Positions 1 to 13,385 of a stretch of 64,000 bases of DNA are shown here, piece by piece. Source of the DNA: Malacoraja senta (Eukaryota). The translations under genes and the position numbers were made by a program. The notes beneath the pieces were generated by a model, which saw nothing but the letters and a program-made list of their open reading frames with translations, ran no database searches and had not been told where the DNA came from. Location of the stretch: positions 50,592,001 through 50,656,000 of the forward strand of contig CM075982.1 of NCBI GenBank assembly GCA_038087875.1, in the 5' to 3' direction. Position 1 is the stretch's first letter; each line of letters begins with the position of its first letter.

Positions 1-276
1 AAACTGGCCCTTCGGCCCACTGAGTCTGCACTGACCAACGATCACCTCATGCACTAGCACTATCCTAGACACAAGGGACAATTTATAATCTTTACCGAAG
101 CCAATTAACCTACAGACCTGTACATCTTTGGAGTGTGGGAGGAAACCGAAGCACCTGGAGCAAACCCATGCGGTCATGGGGAGAACGTACAAACTCCGTA
201 CAGGTGCAGGAAGTGGAATGGGCAGCACAGTGGCGCAGTTGAAGTTGAGTCATAAATAAGTACAAGAGTGCAACGA

Positions 277-772
277 TCTCCCGGTTGCCAAACAGTTCAA
301 CTCCCCTTCACAATTCCACACGGACCTTTCTGCCCTGGGCCGCCTCCCATTACCAGAGTGAGGACACACGCACATTGGAGGAACAGAACCTCATATTTTG
401 CTTGGATAGCTCTCAACCCAGTGGTATTGAACATTGAATTCTCTAATTTTAAGTAACTTCATCTAACACTCGCCTCCGCACTCCCTCCTTGCCACCCTCC
501 TTCATGGTTGTTTTACCAGTTCAGCTGTTCTCCACATTGTTTCTCTAGAGATCATACCTTCCCTGGCCAACAATGGACCTACCAAGCCAAGCACCGCTCT
601 GACTGAGGTCATCTGTGGCCTACCCAGATTGGTCCTGGTCTCTTCACCTCCCCCCCACACACCTCCCGACTTTCATTCTGAGGAAGGGTTCTGACCCAAA
701 ACATCACCCATCCCTTTTCTCCCCAGAGATGTCTGACCCACTGAGTTACCCCAGCACTTTGTGTCTATCTGT
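277..772 (+). mobile_element. Degraded Penelope-like 3' fragment
   Basis: Frameshifted LPVAKQFNSPS...LNIEFSNFK* followed by the same terminal segment (ctgaggaagggttctgacccaaaacatcacc...). Confidence 0.75.
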
Positions 773-3700
773 ATAATGTAAGAATAGTAGGGGAATCAAG
801 CACCAGAGGACATCGGTGAGAGGGGAACAATGTAATAGGAATCGGAATTTTTCACAGAGAGGGTTGTGGGTATACGGAATGAAAAGGCCATAGGTGGTAG
901 TTGAGGCAGGTTCTATAACAACATTTAAAAAAACATTTGGACAGGTACATGGATAGGAACAATTTAGAGGGATATGGGCCGAACACGGTCAGGTAGGACT
1001 AGCTTAGATGGGACATCTTGCTTAGCATGGATGAGTTGGGCCGAAGGACTTGTTTCCATGTTTTATGGACGGAGCAGAGAACTAGTAAATATGAATGCTT
1101 TAGGTGCTAATGCTTTGGTGAAAGGGACAGTTTTGTCAAGTGGTCAAATTTATCGTCATTTGCACAAGTGCGGTGAGGTACAGGTACAATGAAAATCTTG
1201 CTTGCAGCAGCATCACAGACACAGTGTCGTTTATTGTCATGTGTCCCCAGGTACAATGAAAACCTTTTGTTGTGTGCTATCCAGTTTAGTGCAAGATAAA
1301 GTTCGATTAAAGATAGTCTGAGGGTCTCCAATGAGGTAGATGGGAGCTCAGGACCGCACTCTGGTTGTTGATGGGACGGTTCAGTTGTCTGATAACAGCT
1401 GGGAGGAAACTATCCCTGAATCTGGCGGTGTGTGTTTTCACACTTCTGTACCTCTTGTCTCATGGGAGAGGGAATGACCATAGTGAGACTCGTCCTCGAT
1501 TATGCTGGTGGCCTTGCCGAGGCAGCATGAAGTGTAGATGGAGACAATGAAAGGGAGGTTGGATTGTGTGATGTGCTGGGCTGCGTCCACAACTCTGCAT
1601 TTTCTTGTAGTCTTGGATGGAGCTGTTCCCAAACCATGCTGTGATGGATCCTGATAAAATGCTTTCTAGGGCGCATCTGTAGACATTGGTGAGGACTTGC
1701 TGAACTTCCTAATCCTTCCGAGGAAGACGCAGACAATAGTTAACGATTTTTCACTCTGATATCCACCCCAGTGCAGGGTCTACAGCACAAGGGAAGATTG
1801 CTGTGGAATGATGCAGGCCGATTGTAATTCCAGGCATGGCAATAGGAAGCTTCAGGTGTAAATTGGAATATTCCTGGCATTGGAGATCGGGACCAGCTCA
1901 CAAACCCAATCCCACCGCTGCAAGGAACAGCAGAAGAAGCTGTGTGGCCGGAAACAAGAACAAGAGTTCACTAAACACGACATAAATTATCTCCTTAAGT
2001 ACTAATTAACCCAGACTCATCATTTGTCGTGGTCACTTAACTGCCATTGGGTATCGGTAACCTTTCAAGAAACACTGCAGCTGTCTAAAACCTTGGTCAG
2101 GCTGCATTTGGAGTGATGCGTGCAATTCCAGTCGCCCCTTTACAGAGGATGTGGAGGCTTTGGAGAGGATGCAGAGGAGGTTTCCCAGAATGATGGCTGG
2201 ATTAGATAGTTAGCTACCAGGAGAGGTTGGACAAACTTGGATCGTTTTCTCTGGAATGCCAGAGGCTGAGCGGAGACCTGATAGAAGTATGTACAATTAT
2301 GAGAGGCTTAGAGAGGGGAGTGCAAAAGAGGTTTATCAGGATGTCCAACACAAGAGACTACAATTGCTGGAATCTTGAGTACATTATTTTACTGTCAGGA
2401 TTAGATGTCTGGATTAGAGGGCATTAGCTATAAAGACAATCTTGGTTTGCATTCCCTGCACTGTCAGAGATTGAGGGGAGACCTGATAGAAATACAGACA
2501 TATTATTGTAATTTGTAGGCATAGATAGGGTATGCAGTCAGAATTCCTTTCCTTCAAGATGGAGATGTCATAGACTAAGGTTTATGGGTGAGAGGGAAAC
2601 AGTGTATACAAACATATTTTAGCTTGGTTTAGTTTGGAGATACTGCATGGAAACAGGCCCTTCGGCCCACCGAGTCCACGTCCGACCACCGATCACCCAT
2701 TCACACGAGTTCTATGTTATCCCGCTTTCTCAACCACTCCCCACACACTGGGGGCAATTTACAGGGGAACAATTGACCCACATGGCTTTGGGATGTGGGA
2801 GGAAACCGGAGCACCTGGAGGAAGCCCATAAGCTTCCAGCAAGAAACCTGCATAGTTTAGAGTTTTAGTCTAGAGATACTGCATGGAAAAACAGGCCTTT
2901 TAACCCATCAAGTCCACGCATGTCATTGTTCACCCCGTTCACACTAGTTCTATGTTATCCCACTTTTTCATCCACTTCCCAAACCAGGAAAGGTTGGCCT
3001 GGGTGGCGTATCTTGGAGCAAAGTCACGGTTTCATTGTGTGCGGGTGACATTACCATTGAGTAAGTCGAGGTGATACAGACCGATTTAGACTTTCTCTGG
3101 CACCAAAAATAATCTAAATTTGATCCTAGTTTGGACTCAGTGAAGCTTAAAGATGTCCTTGTAACTGTAGGACATTGTGGGGTTGCCTGAGCAGTGTTAT
3201 TTAATTTGTGTTTCTCTGCTGCTGGTAGTGGGAATAACAGCTACAGGGGTCCATTTCTAAAGCTATAGGAATCAAAAGCAGTTGCATAATTTGGTAACAA
3301 ATCTCCTCACATGGAGCACCAAGCACAGAACTGATTACGCGGCCCACAAGGAAACAGGCCCTTCACCCCATCAAGTCCACACCGACTATCAGGAACCCAT
3401 GAACACTAATATAACACCAATCCCATTTTATGTTACCCACATTAACTGAAAGTGGTGACACAAGTAGATGGTAGAGTGGTCAATAAGGCGTTTGGTAGAA
3501 TCTGAGGCAGGGTCTCGACCCAAAACATCACCTATTCCTTTTCTTCAGAGATGCTGCCTGACCCGCTGAATTACTCCAGCACTTTGTGTCTGTCTTAGGC
3601 ATATGGTATGCTTGCCTTCATTCATTGGGGCATTGAATATAAGTCAGGAAGTCACGATGCAGCTCTATAAGACTTTGGTCAGGCCGCATCTGGAGTATTG

Positions 3701-5784
3701 AGTGCGGTTCTGCTCGCCCCATCACACAAAGAATGTGGAGGCTTTGGAGAGGGTGCAAAGAGTTATCAAAATGATGACTGGATTAGAGGTTATTAGCTAC
3801 AGTGAGATGTTGGACAGACTTGGTTTGTTTTCTCTGGAATGCCAGAGGTTCACGGGAGACCTAATAAAATAATGAGAGGCAGAGATAGGGTAGACAGTCA
3901 GAACCTTTTTCACAGGGTGGAAATACGATAGCTTTAAGGTGAGGGAGAGATACGCAGAGCATGTGTTTCTGCACGGAGGGTGATGGGGGCCTGGAATGCG
4001 CTGCCAGGGATGGTGGTGGAGGCAGGTACAATAATGGTGTTTAAGATGCATTTAGATAGACACATGGATATGCAGGGAATGGAGGGATATGGATCATGTG
4101 CAGGCAGAGGAGATTAGTTTATAACTTGGCATCATGTTCGACACGGGCATTGTGGGCCGAAGGGCCTGTTTCTGCGCTGTACTGTTCTATGTTCTATGTA
4201 TCTGAAGGAAAAGCTGGTCAGGGGACTAAAACTGGTCGTGAATGTGTTAAATTGCCAGGATGAAACCGGCCTGCCTTCTCTCCTGGGTAAGCGATTAACC
4301 AGTGACCTAATTGAGTTGCTTAAGATGATTAACATGGCTTGATACAGGAGACGGAGAGGAATGAGATCTGCTGGTGGGGGAGCACAGAACGAGGGCATGG
4401 ACTGTCATAGTGTCATCAACAAAGAATGGAAAGAGTCGCCCTCCCCCCAGAGGCCCCTCTCCCCCCAAAATAATCTGGTGCTGGGTGAAAATGTTAATAA
4501 CATTCAAACATTGAAATTGCTGTTTAATAGTCACACAGCACAGAAACAGGCCCTTCAGCCCAACTCATCCATGCATACCAAGATGCCCATTTAAGCTAGT
4601 CCCACCTGCCCATGTTTGGCCCATATCCTTCCAAACCTTTCCTATCCATGTCCCTGTCCAAATGTGTTTTAAATGCTGTTATAGTACCCGGGTGGCATAG
4701 TGGCGCGGCAGTAGAGTTGCTGCCTTGCAACGTCAGAGACCTGGGTTCGATCCTGACTATGGGTGCTGCCTGTACAGTTTGCACGTTCTCCCTGTGACAG
4801 CATTGGTTTTGTCTAGGTTGCATTCTCACCCCAGTCACTCCCTCTTTCCCCCTCTCCCATCAGACAAGAGGTACAGAAGTGTGAAAACGCACACCTCCAG
4901 ATTCAGGGTGTGGGCTCCACCTTTCATGAGTCATCGATGCAGGCTCTGCTTTGTTCTGTACCTTCCCATACCTCTAGTTTCACCCTCCCTGAGTCTGATG
5001 AAGGATCTCGACCCGAAACATCACCGGAGCTGCTGCCCGACCCAATGAGTTACACCAGCAATTTGTATCTATCTACAGTTTCTTCCCAGCTGTTGTCAGG
5101 CAACTGAACCGTCTTCTCATCGGGCAGAGTGCTATCCTAACCTCCCATCTAACCTCATTGGAGACCTTCGGACTATCTGTAATCGGACTTTACAGGAGCG
5201 CTCTCGAGTTGTTGATAGGACGGTTCAGTTGCCTGATAACAGTTGGGAACAAACTGTCCCTGAATCTGGAGATGTGCCCACGTGAATCTGTGGAATAATT
5301 CTGTGTTCTGTCACTTCCTGAATATTGCCCCACCCTGAGGTCAGTTGCTAGGTAACCGAGCCATTGAAAAAATGAATGGATATTAAAAAATGGAAGCAAA
5401 GTACATTGAAAATCTTCCTTCAATCAGAGTGATTTTTAATGGAATGCCGTTTAATAAAGCTTAATTGGATTTGTGATTAAGATTTCATCCTTAATCACTT
5501 TAAATTGTAAATTATGTGGTTTGTACAAAGAGTGGGAGTGTGTTCCTAATGAGACGCTCTGTGATAAAAATTGCTGGATCAAGTTGGCTTCCCATGGATC
5601 GAGAGACGGCGGCTCCTGCTTAACTCAGCATTCATTCTATCTGTGATCTATTGCTGGCATTAAGTTCTAAATTAACACATGGTTAAAGGCTCCACTATTA
5701 GTCCGAAAAAAGAAGGCTCCAATATAATTTATTATCGACCATAGTCATTGTAAAATAGCTGCTGCAATCCAGGACTTGGGTACT

Positions 5785-5907
5785 CTGTCTGTCTGTCATT
5801 GTTTCCGTCTCTTTCTCTCTCACTCTCACTGTCTGTTTCTGTCTCTGTCTCTCTCTGTCTCTCTTTGTCCCGCTCTCTGTCTCTCTGATTCTCACTGTCT
5901 GCTTCTG

Positions 5908-5943
<36 letters not shown>

Positions 5944-6003
5944 TCTCTGTTAGTTTCTGTCTCTCTGTCTGTCTGTCTGTCTGTCTGTCTCTCCCGATCT
6001 CTG
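5785..6003. repeat. (TC)/(TCTG)n microsatellite
   Basis: Direct reading. Confidence 0.95.
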
Positions 6004-7571
6004 CATTGAGCCTCAGTGTTGTTCAAATGTGCAGTGCATTTGGCAGTGTGCCGGGATGGTTTACAGGTTACAGAGTGGGCCCGAGTTTTACCTGGCCATG
6101 AACCTCTGCTTTCTTTGCCCGTGTAACAGCCGTGATTTCATGTCAGTGTAAACTCTTTGTATCCATTCCGATAATATTGCATACGTTATGTATTTTGATT
6201 GATTGATTGAAAGATATAGCATAGAAACCGAAGACTGACACAAACTGTTGGAGTAACTCAGCGTGTCAGGCAGCATCTCTGGAGAGAAGGAATAGGTGAT
6301 GTTTCGGGTCAAGACCCTTCAGACAATATTTCAAGTGCAGTCTCACCGACATCATGTACAACTGTAACATAACGTCCCAACGTCTCCACTCAATGCCCTG
6401 ACTAATGAAGGCCAGCGTATCAAACGCATTCTTCACAACCTGTGTCACCACTTTCATTTGAACAGAGTTTGCATAGGAAGGCATTGGGACAGGTACATGG
6501 ATAGAAAAGGTTTAGAGAGATATGGGCCAAACACAGGCTGGTGTGACTAGCATACATGGGGCATCTTGGTTGGGCTGAAGGGCCTGTTTCTGTGTTGTAT
6601 TACTCTTTGTAGGGTTCAGATGCCTAAATGAGACTAGGCCAATATGGACGAGGTGTGCTGGAGGGCCTGTTTCTGTGTTGCTCTATAACTTTAAAGCATT
6701 AATTGCCACTGCAAGGAGGATAGTTAATAGTAGGTCATGCTCAGCTAACTTGGCAGAATGCATCAATAAAGTTTCAGAGAATTTAGTAGATGCCATCTAC
6801 ATAGATTCTCAGGTGATGTTTTATAAAGCCCCAGAAGAAATCTACGAGTTAGTAGCAAAGTGGATGGATGTTAGTTCAAACGGAGAAGGAAGAGAAAGAT
6901 AGAAAATGAAATGCATCTTATAGGGGGGATTTTATAGAGGGGTACAAATAATGAGGGATATAGATAAGGTGAATACACAGAATCTTTTACCCAGCGTAAT
7001 GGAATCAAGAACCAATGGACATAGGTTCAAGGTGAGGGGAAAGATTTAACAGGAACCCGAGGGGCAATTCTTTTATACAAAGGGTGGTGGGCATACGGAA
7101 CAAGCTACCAGAGGAGGTAGTTGAGTCAGATACCATAACAGCATTTAAAAGACCCATGGATAGGAAGGGTTTGGAGGGATATGGCCCAATCGCGGGCAGG
7201 TGGGACGTGTATATGGGGCGTCTTGGTTGGCATGGGCGAGTTTTGCCAAAGGACCTGTTTCCATGCTGTATGAATGTATGACTGTCTCACAGTAGGGGGC
7301 AATTTACAGAGGGTCAATTAACCTACAAACCTGCACGCCTTTGGCATGTGGGAGGAAACCAGAGCACCAGGAGGAAACCCACACCCACATGGTCACAGGG
7401 AGAATGTGTGAACTATGCACAGACAGCACTCAAAGTCAGGATTGAACCTGGATCTCTGGCGCTGTAAGGCAACAGGTCTAACCACTGCACAGCCCTTTTT
7501 TTAAGACAGATCTTAAACATCCTGCCAAATTTGTAAAGGTGTGAATCAATGAGTAATGCTGGAGCAATGCT

Positions 7572-7710
7572 TCTTCTTCTTGCATATGGCGTGCACAGCC
7601 TAACGTTGTAGGACAACTTGTTCTATTTGATCTTATTTGATTGTGCACGCCGGGTTGATTGCATTCGTCGAAACAGGGCGGACCACGTGAAGGTTGCAAT
7701 CTTCCACCCC
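7572..7710 (-). mobile_element. 139-nt SINE-like retroposon: ribozyme head + 3' stem-loop + (GAA)n tail
   Basis: Flanked by TSD ggagcaat(g/a)ct at 7561-7571 and 7711-7721; 10-bp stem GGCGTGCACA/TGTGCACGCC; AAGAAGAAGAA tail; no tRNA-like head. Confidence 0.85.
7657..7710 (-). ncRNA. HDV/CPEB3-like self-cleaving ribozyme, minimal P4 (54 nt)
   Basis: Minus strand GGGGTGG-AA-GATTGCA-ACC-TTCACGT-GGT-CCGCCCT-GTTTCGA-CGAA-TGCAATC = P1, J1/2, P2, P3, L3, P3', P1', short P1.1/P4 linker, J4/2 with catalytic C (7667), P2'. All helices pair, with a G1-U wobble at the cleavage site. Confidence 0.85.
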
Positions 7711-10700
7711 GGAGCAATACTGGGTCTCATGTTATCCCGGCAGACATTTTGACCCATACACCATGTGTGGTCAGTCATTCAGTTTAGTTTAGAGATACAG
7801 CACGGAAACAAGCCCATCGGCCCACCGAGTCCATGCTGCCCAGCGATCACCCCATACACTCGTGCCATCCTACATACTGAGGACAATTTACAACTTTACC
7901 GAAGCCAATTAACCAACAAACCTGCACGTCTTTGGAGTGTGGGAGGAAACTGGAGTACCTGGAGAAAACCCACGCTGTCACAGGGAGAAGGTACAGACTC
8001 CATACAGACAGCAGCCGTAGTCAGGGTCGAAGCGGGTCACTGGCGCTGTAAGGCAGCAGCTGTACTGTTGTGCCGTCATTTGTTAGTGTGCCATTTTATG
8101 TGTACACCCACATATTGTTCGGTAAAATATCTGTTTTAAAGAGTGATCTCTGCAGGATTTTGTTTTCTTGAGTTTAATTGACCCCGTCAATGGTTGATTT
8201 GTCTGCAGTGTGGTGATTTGTAAATAACCTCTCTTATCTTGTGGGTGGGGTCAAGGAAAATGCATTCACGTCACGGCCCTGTTTCCACCAATCTTCCCAC
8301 CACCACGCACAAGAAGCACAAGAAGCACAAGACGACATTGTATGCAGATGCTGCGACGTGTGTTCAGCTCTGGCTGAACAATTTCTAATCTTGTGATGTG
8401 GACTCGACAAGAAGATCTCGTGGGTTGAGGCTGTCTGTTTGAGCTAACATTCGGACTCAACCATAAATGCTCCCATTAGTCAACATCATTTGTTGTCAGG
8501 GTTTGGCGAACTGTGGCTTCTACATTTTTCGACAATGCTTTTGCTTGTTTGACTGAAGATCTGTGAAACCAAGTCCTCATTAAATGGTGGGATCAAGGCG
8601 CAGAGAAATAGTGCAGGGCTGTTTTATGCTGTTTCTTGTCTCGGGCGACGTAGCGGTAGAGTTACTGCCTCACAACGCCAGAAATCTGGGTTTGATCCTG
8701 ACTACGGGTGCTGCCTGTACGGAGTTTTTATGTTCTCCCTGTGACTGTGTGGGTTTCCTCCGGGTGCTCCAGTTTCCTCCCACAATCCAAAGATGTACAC
8801 ATTTGTAGGCTAATTGGCTTTTGTACAATTGTAATTGGCCCAAGAGTGTGTAGGATAGGGCCTGTCTCCACATTGTATCTCTAAAGTCTCCATGGCCTCC
8901 TTCTCCAGCCCTAGTCCTACATTTCCATCCTCATCTTCCTGCCTCCCCTTGTGACAAGTTCACAAGTTATAGGAGTGGAATTAGGCCATTCGGCCCATCG
9001 AGTCCACTCCGCCATTTCAGTCATGGCTGATCTCTGCCCCCTAATCCCCTTTTCCTGCCTTCTCACCATAACCTGTGACACCCGTTCTTATCGAGAATTT
9101 GTCTATCTCTGCCTTCAAACTATCCACTGACGGCCTCCATAGCCCTCTGTGGCAATGTTCCACTGATTAACTACCCTCTGACTAATCCTAATCCTCTCAC
9201 CCCCACCCCCCCTTCATCCGACCGCATTGACTTCACACCAACCTCTATTTCCTCAGGAGTTTGAGCTCTGCCCAAGACCGCAAGAAATGACAGACTTGTA
9301 GATGTAGCCCAGTCCATCACACAGGCCAGACTCCATCCCCACCGTCGACCCTGTCTACACTTCACGCTGCCTCGGTAAAGCAGCCGACAAAAATCGAAGA
9401 CTTGTCCCACCCTGGTCATTCCTCCTCCCCACTTCTATTGGGCAGAAGATACAGAAGCTTGAAAGCGCGCACCACCAGACTCAGGAACAGCTTCTCCCCT
9501 CTGTTATCAGGCTTCTGAATGGTCCTTCCATAAGTGAGGGTACTGTTCGATTCACCTCTATCCCATTGTGGACATTGGGGTTTTTTCATCCTGTAAAGGG
9601 GCGACCAGAACTGTATGCAATAGTTTAGTTTATTTGAGAGATACAGCTTGGAAACAGGCCCACTGGCCCACCGTCCTCACTGACAAGTAATCACCTGTAC
9701 ACTAGCACTATCCTAGACACTACGGACAATTTACAGAAGCCAATTAACCCTCAAACTTGCACGTCTTTGGAATGTGGAAGGAAACTGGAGCACTTGGAGA
9801 AAACCCACGCAGTCACAGAGAGAAGGTACAACTGTGTACAGACAGCAGCCGTCGTCAGGATCGAACCCGGGTTTGTGGCACGGTAAGGCAGCAACTGCTC
9901 CACTGTGCAACTGTGCTGCCAAATGCGACCTGACGGAAGTCCTAGAAAGCTGCATCATGACTTGAATCCAGGTTTGTCCAACATGTCCTTGTAGCTGATG
10001 CCCCCTAATGCAGACTGAAGTATCTGAACCGCACCAGGGGTGTCCCCACTCCACTCGCATGGACCATGGAATAAATGTAAAGTCTCTGGGTCGTCTCTCC
10101 GCCCCTGACACAAACTATGGGACAGTCACAGCCCGTAGATGTATGGCTGGAGCAGTAGATTGTAAATCACTGATAGCCTGGGAACGCTGGATATCAAGTG
10201 TGCCAGGATCAAAGCTGATTCCGTTTGGAAGGTGAAGCATTTTAATTTGGCTTTATGCTGAGAAGAGGCATTGCAATGTGTGGTGATGGTTTTGGAAACG
10301 TATTAAGTTCTCTTTAGAACATAAAACAGCACAGCACAGGAACAGGCCCTTCAGCCCACAATGTCCGTGCTGAACTTAACACCAAGTTAAACTGGAAAGG
10401 TACTGTAAAGGAACTGTAAAGGAACTGCAGATGTTGGCTTACCAAAAAAGGACACACAGTCCTGGAGGAACTCAGCGAGTCAGGCAGCATCTATGGAGAA
10501 CATGGATACGTGATGATGAGTGATGTTTCAGGTTGGGATCCTTCTTCAAACTAATTCACTATGTGCGCTTCTGCTATCCTTATCTCACACCCTTCATCTT
10601 TTAATCTCTGGCCTTTGTCCAACCATCTGCCAATCACCCACCCCTCCTCATCTGTATCCTACCATTCGCCAGGCTTTGTCCCTCCCCTACCTCTTCTCCA

Positions 10701-13085
10701 GCTTTCACCCCCTCCCTCTCCCCCTCCCCCCCCCACATTCAAAATGAAGAAGGGTCCCGACCCAAAACATCATCTATCCATGTTCTCCAGAGATGTTTCT
10801 TGGCCCGCTGAGTTACTCCAGCACTGTCTTTTTTTTTCAAAGTTAAACTGATCTCCAGTGATCCATATCACCGTGGTGTGGTAAAGAATGGGTCAGGATT
10901 CTCCATGGTAAGTCACGGGGAGAGTAGGGGCTGGATGGTGTCTGGATATCCGTGAGACAGCAAAGTGTTGGAAGTAGAGAACTCACTGAGTCCCATGTAC
11001 CCAGCAAGATGGTCACAAACTCCATTGACCAATGTCCTCGTGAGGTCTTGCCAAGCCATGGTGGACAACAAGGAGAGTTCAGAAGGAGCAGCACAGTGGC
11101 CGACCGGTAAAGTTGCTGCCTTACAATGCCATAGATCCGGGATCGATCCTGACTACAGGTGCTGGCTCTACGGACTTTGTATGTTCTCCCCCGTGACCAC
11201 GTGGGTTTTCTTCGGGTGCTCCAGTTTCCTCCCATACTCCAAAGACGTGTAGGTTTGTAGGTTAATTGGCTTCTGGAAATTGTCCCTAGTGCGTAGGGTA
11301 ATGTTAGTGTAGGGTGATTGTTGGTCGGCACAGACATGGTGGGCCGAAGGGCCTGTTTCCATGCTGTTTCGCTAAAGTCTAAAGGCAGGCACTTCCATCC
11401 ATCACTCGATACGAGTGATAAAGAAGGCACAGTGTGCTTGCCTTCATCAGTCGGGCATTGAGTATAAGAGTCAGGAAGTCATGATGCAACTTTATAAGAC
11501 TTTGGTTAGGCTGCATTTGGAGCATTTCATGCAGTTCTGGTCGCCCCATTACAGAAAGGATGTGGAGGCTTTGGAGAGGAGATTTATCATGATTCTGCCT
11601 GGATTGGAGAGGAGAGGTGGGACAAACCTGGATTGTTTTCTCTGAAATGTCTCTAAGGGGAGATCTGGTAGAAATATATAAAATTATGAGAGGCAGAGAC
11701 AGAGTAGACACGTTTTCCCAAGGTGGAGATGTCAAAGATTAGAGGGCATATATTTAAGGTGAGAGGGAGAACATTTAAAGCAGATGTGTGGGGCAAGTTG
11801 TTTTTTAACACATGTTCTGAGTGGAGTCTGAGAGTTTCCAGTGTTTTCTGTTTTTGTCTCAGATTTCCAGCATCTAAAATCAACTTTAGTTTAGTTTAGA
11901 GATACAGCATGGAAACAGGCCCTTTGGCCCACCGAGTCCACGCTGACCAGCAACCCCACACACTAGTTCAATCCTGCACACTAGAGATAATTTTCAGAAG
12001 CCAATTAGCCTCCAAACATGTACTTCTTTGGAGTATGGGAGGAAACTGGAGCACTCGGAGAAAGCCTACACAGTCACAGGGAGAACGTACAAACTCCATA
12101 CAGACAGCACCCGTAGTTAGGATCAAATCTGGGCCCCTGGTTTGCGCTACTGTACCGCCCTTGCCAGGTCATCTCAAATAGTCTTTCAGACCCGTCAAGC
12201 CTGCCCTAACCACCCTCAAAGAATCTGACCTCACAAGCAGTCTGTGGAGTTTGCACATTCTCCCTGTGACCACGTGGGTTTTCTCCGGGTGCTCCGGTTT
12301 CCTCCCACATTTCAAAAATGTGCGGGTTTGTAGGTTAATTGGCTTCTGTAAATTGTGTAGGTGAGCGTTAGAATCTGCGAGTTGATGGGAATGTGTGGAG
12401 AATAAGATAAATGGGTTTAACGTAGGATTTGGGTAAATGGATGGTTGCTGGTTAGCCTGGACTTGGTGGGCCGAAGCATTTCCTGCAGCATTTCACAATG
12501 GCACAACGAGAACTTAATGATGACAGAGAGACACAAGGAACTGCAGATGCTGGTTGAGAAATAAAGACAGAAAGTTCCGGAGTAACTCAACATGTCTGGC
12601 AGCATCTCTGGAGAGCATGAATAAGTGACATTTCAGGTCAGGATTCTTCTTCAGGACCTAATGAGAGGTCTGGATCATCCAGTCAAATAAAACGTCTGTC
12701 TGCTTTAGAAGGTAGAATGGTACAGCACAAGAACAGGCCAGCCCACAATGTCAGTGCCATTGTGTCCACAATGATGCTGAACAAGACTAACATATCTGCC
12801 TGCACGTGATCCATTCCCTACATATCCATGTGCCTATCCAAAAGTCTCTTAAACACCACTATCGTATCTGCCTCCACCACCACCCCTGACAGCATGTTCC
12901 AGGCACCTGCCATCCTCTGTACAATAAAGAGAAAACGTGCCCCATCATCTCCTTTAAACTTTCACCTTAAAGTTACGCCCTCTCACCTTAAAGATACGCC
13001 CTCTAGTATTCCAGTCTATTTCCTGACTGGCTAAATTGGACCTTGAGATGATAGACATCATCCAGTCAATGACAGGAGGTTTGGG

Positions 13086-13385
13086 GCGGGTAACAGTGAC
13101 ACAGCGGTAGAGTTGCTGCCTCACAACACCAGAGTCCCGGGTTCAATCCTGGCCTCGGGTGTTGTCTGTATGGAGTTTGTATGTTCTCCTTGTGACCGGG
13201 TGGGTTTTCTCCAGGTGCTCCAGTTTCCTCCCACACTCCAAAGACTTGCAGATTTGAAGGTTAATTGGCTTCAGTAAAGACTCTAAATTGTCCCTAGTAT
13301 GTAGGATAGTGCTAGTGTACACGGTGATCGTTGGTTGGCGCGGACTCGGTGGGCCGAAGGGCCTGTTTCTGTGCTGTATCTTTTA
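13086..13385 (+). mobile_element. tRNA-derived V-SINE (HE1-like); other copies near 1-200, 7781-8073, 8645-8885, 9625-9920, 11092-11383, 11886-12160, 15087-15409, 37015-37320, 45903-46181, 62125-62390
   Basis: tRNA-like head with B box ggttcaatcc, V-type core ggagtttgtatgttctcc...tttcctcccaca, CR1-like tail gggccgaagggcctgtt. Confidence 0.85.

Noticed and set aside
13090-13160. tRNA genes
   Set aside because: The tRNA-like sequences are SINE heads continuing into V-core and LINE-derived tails.
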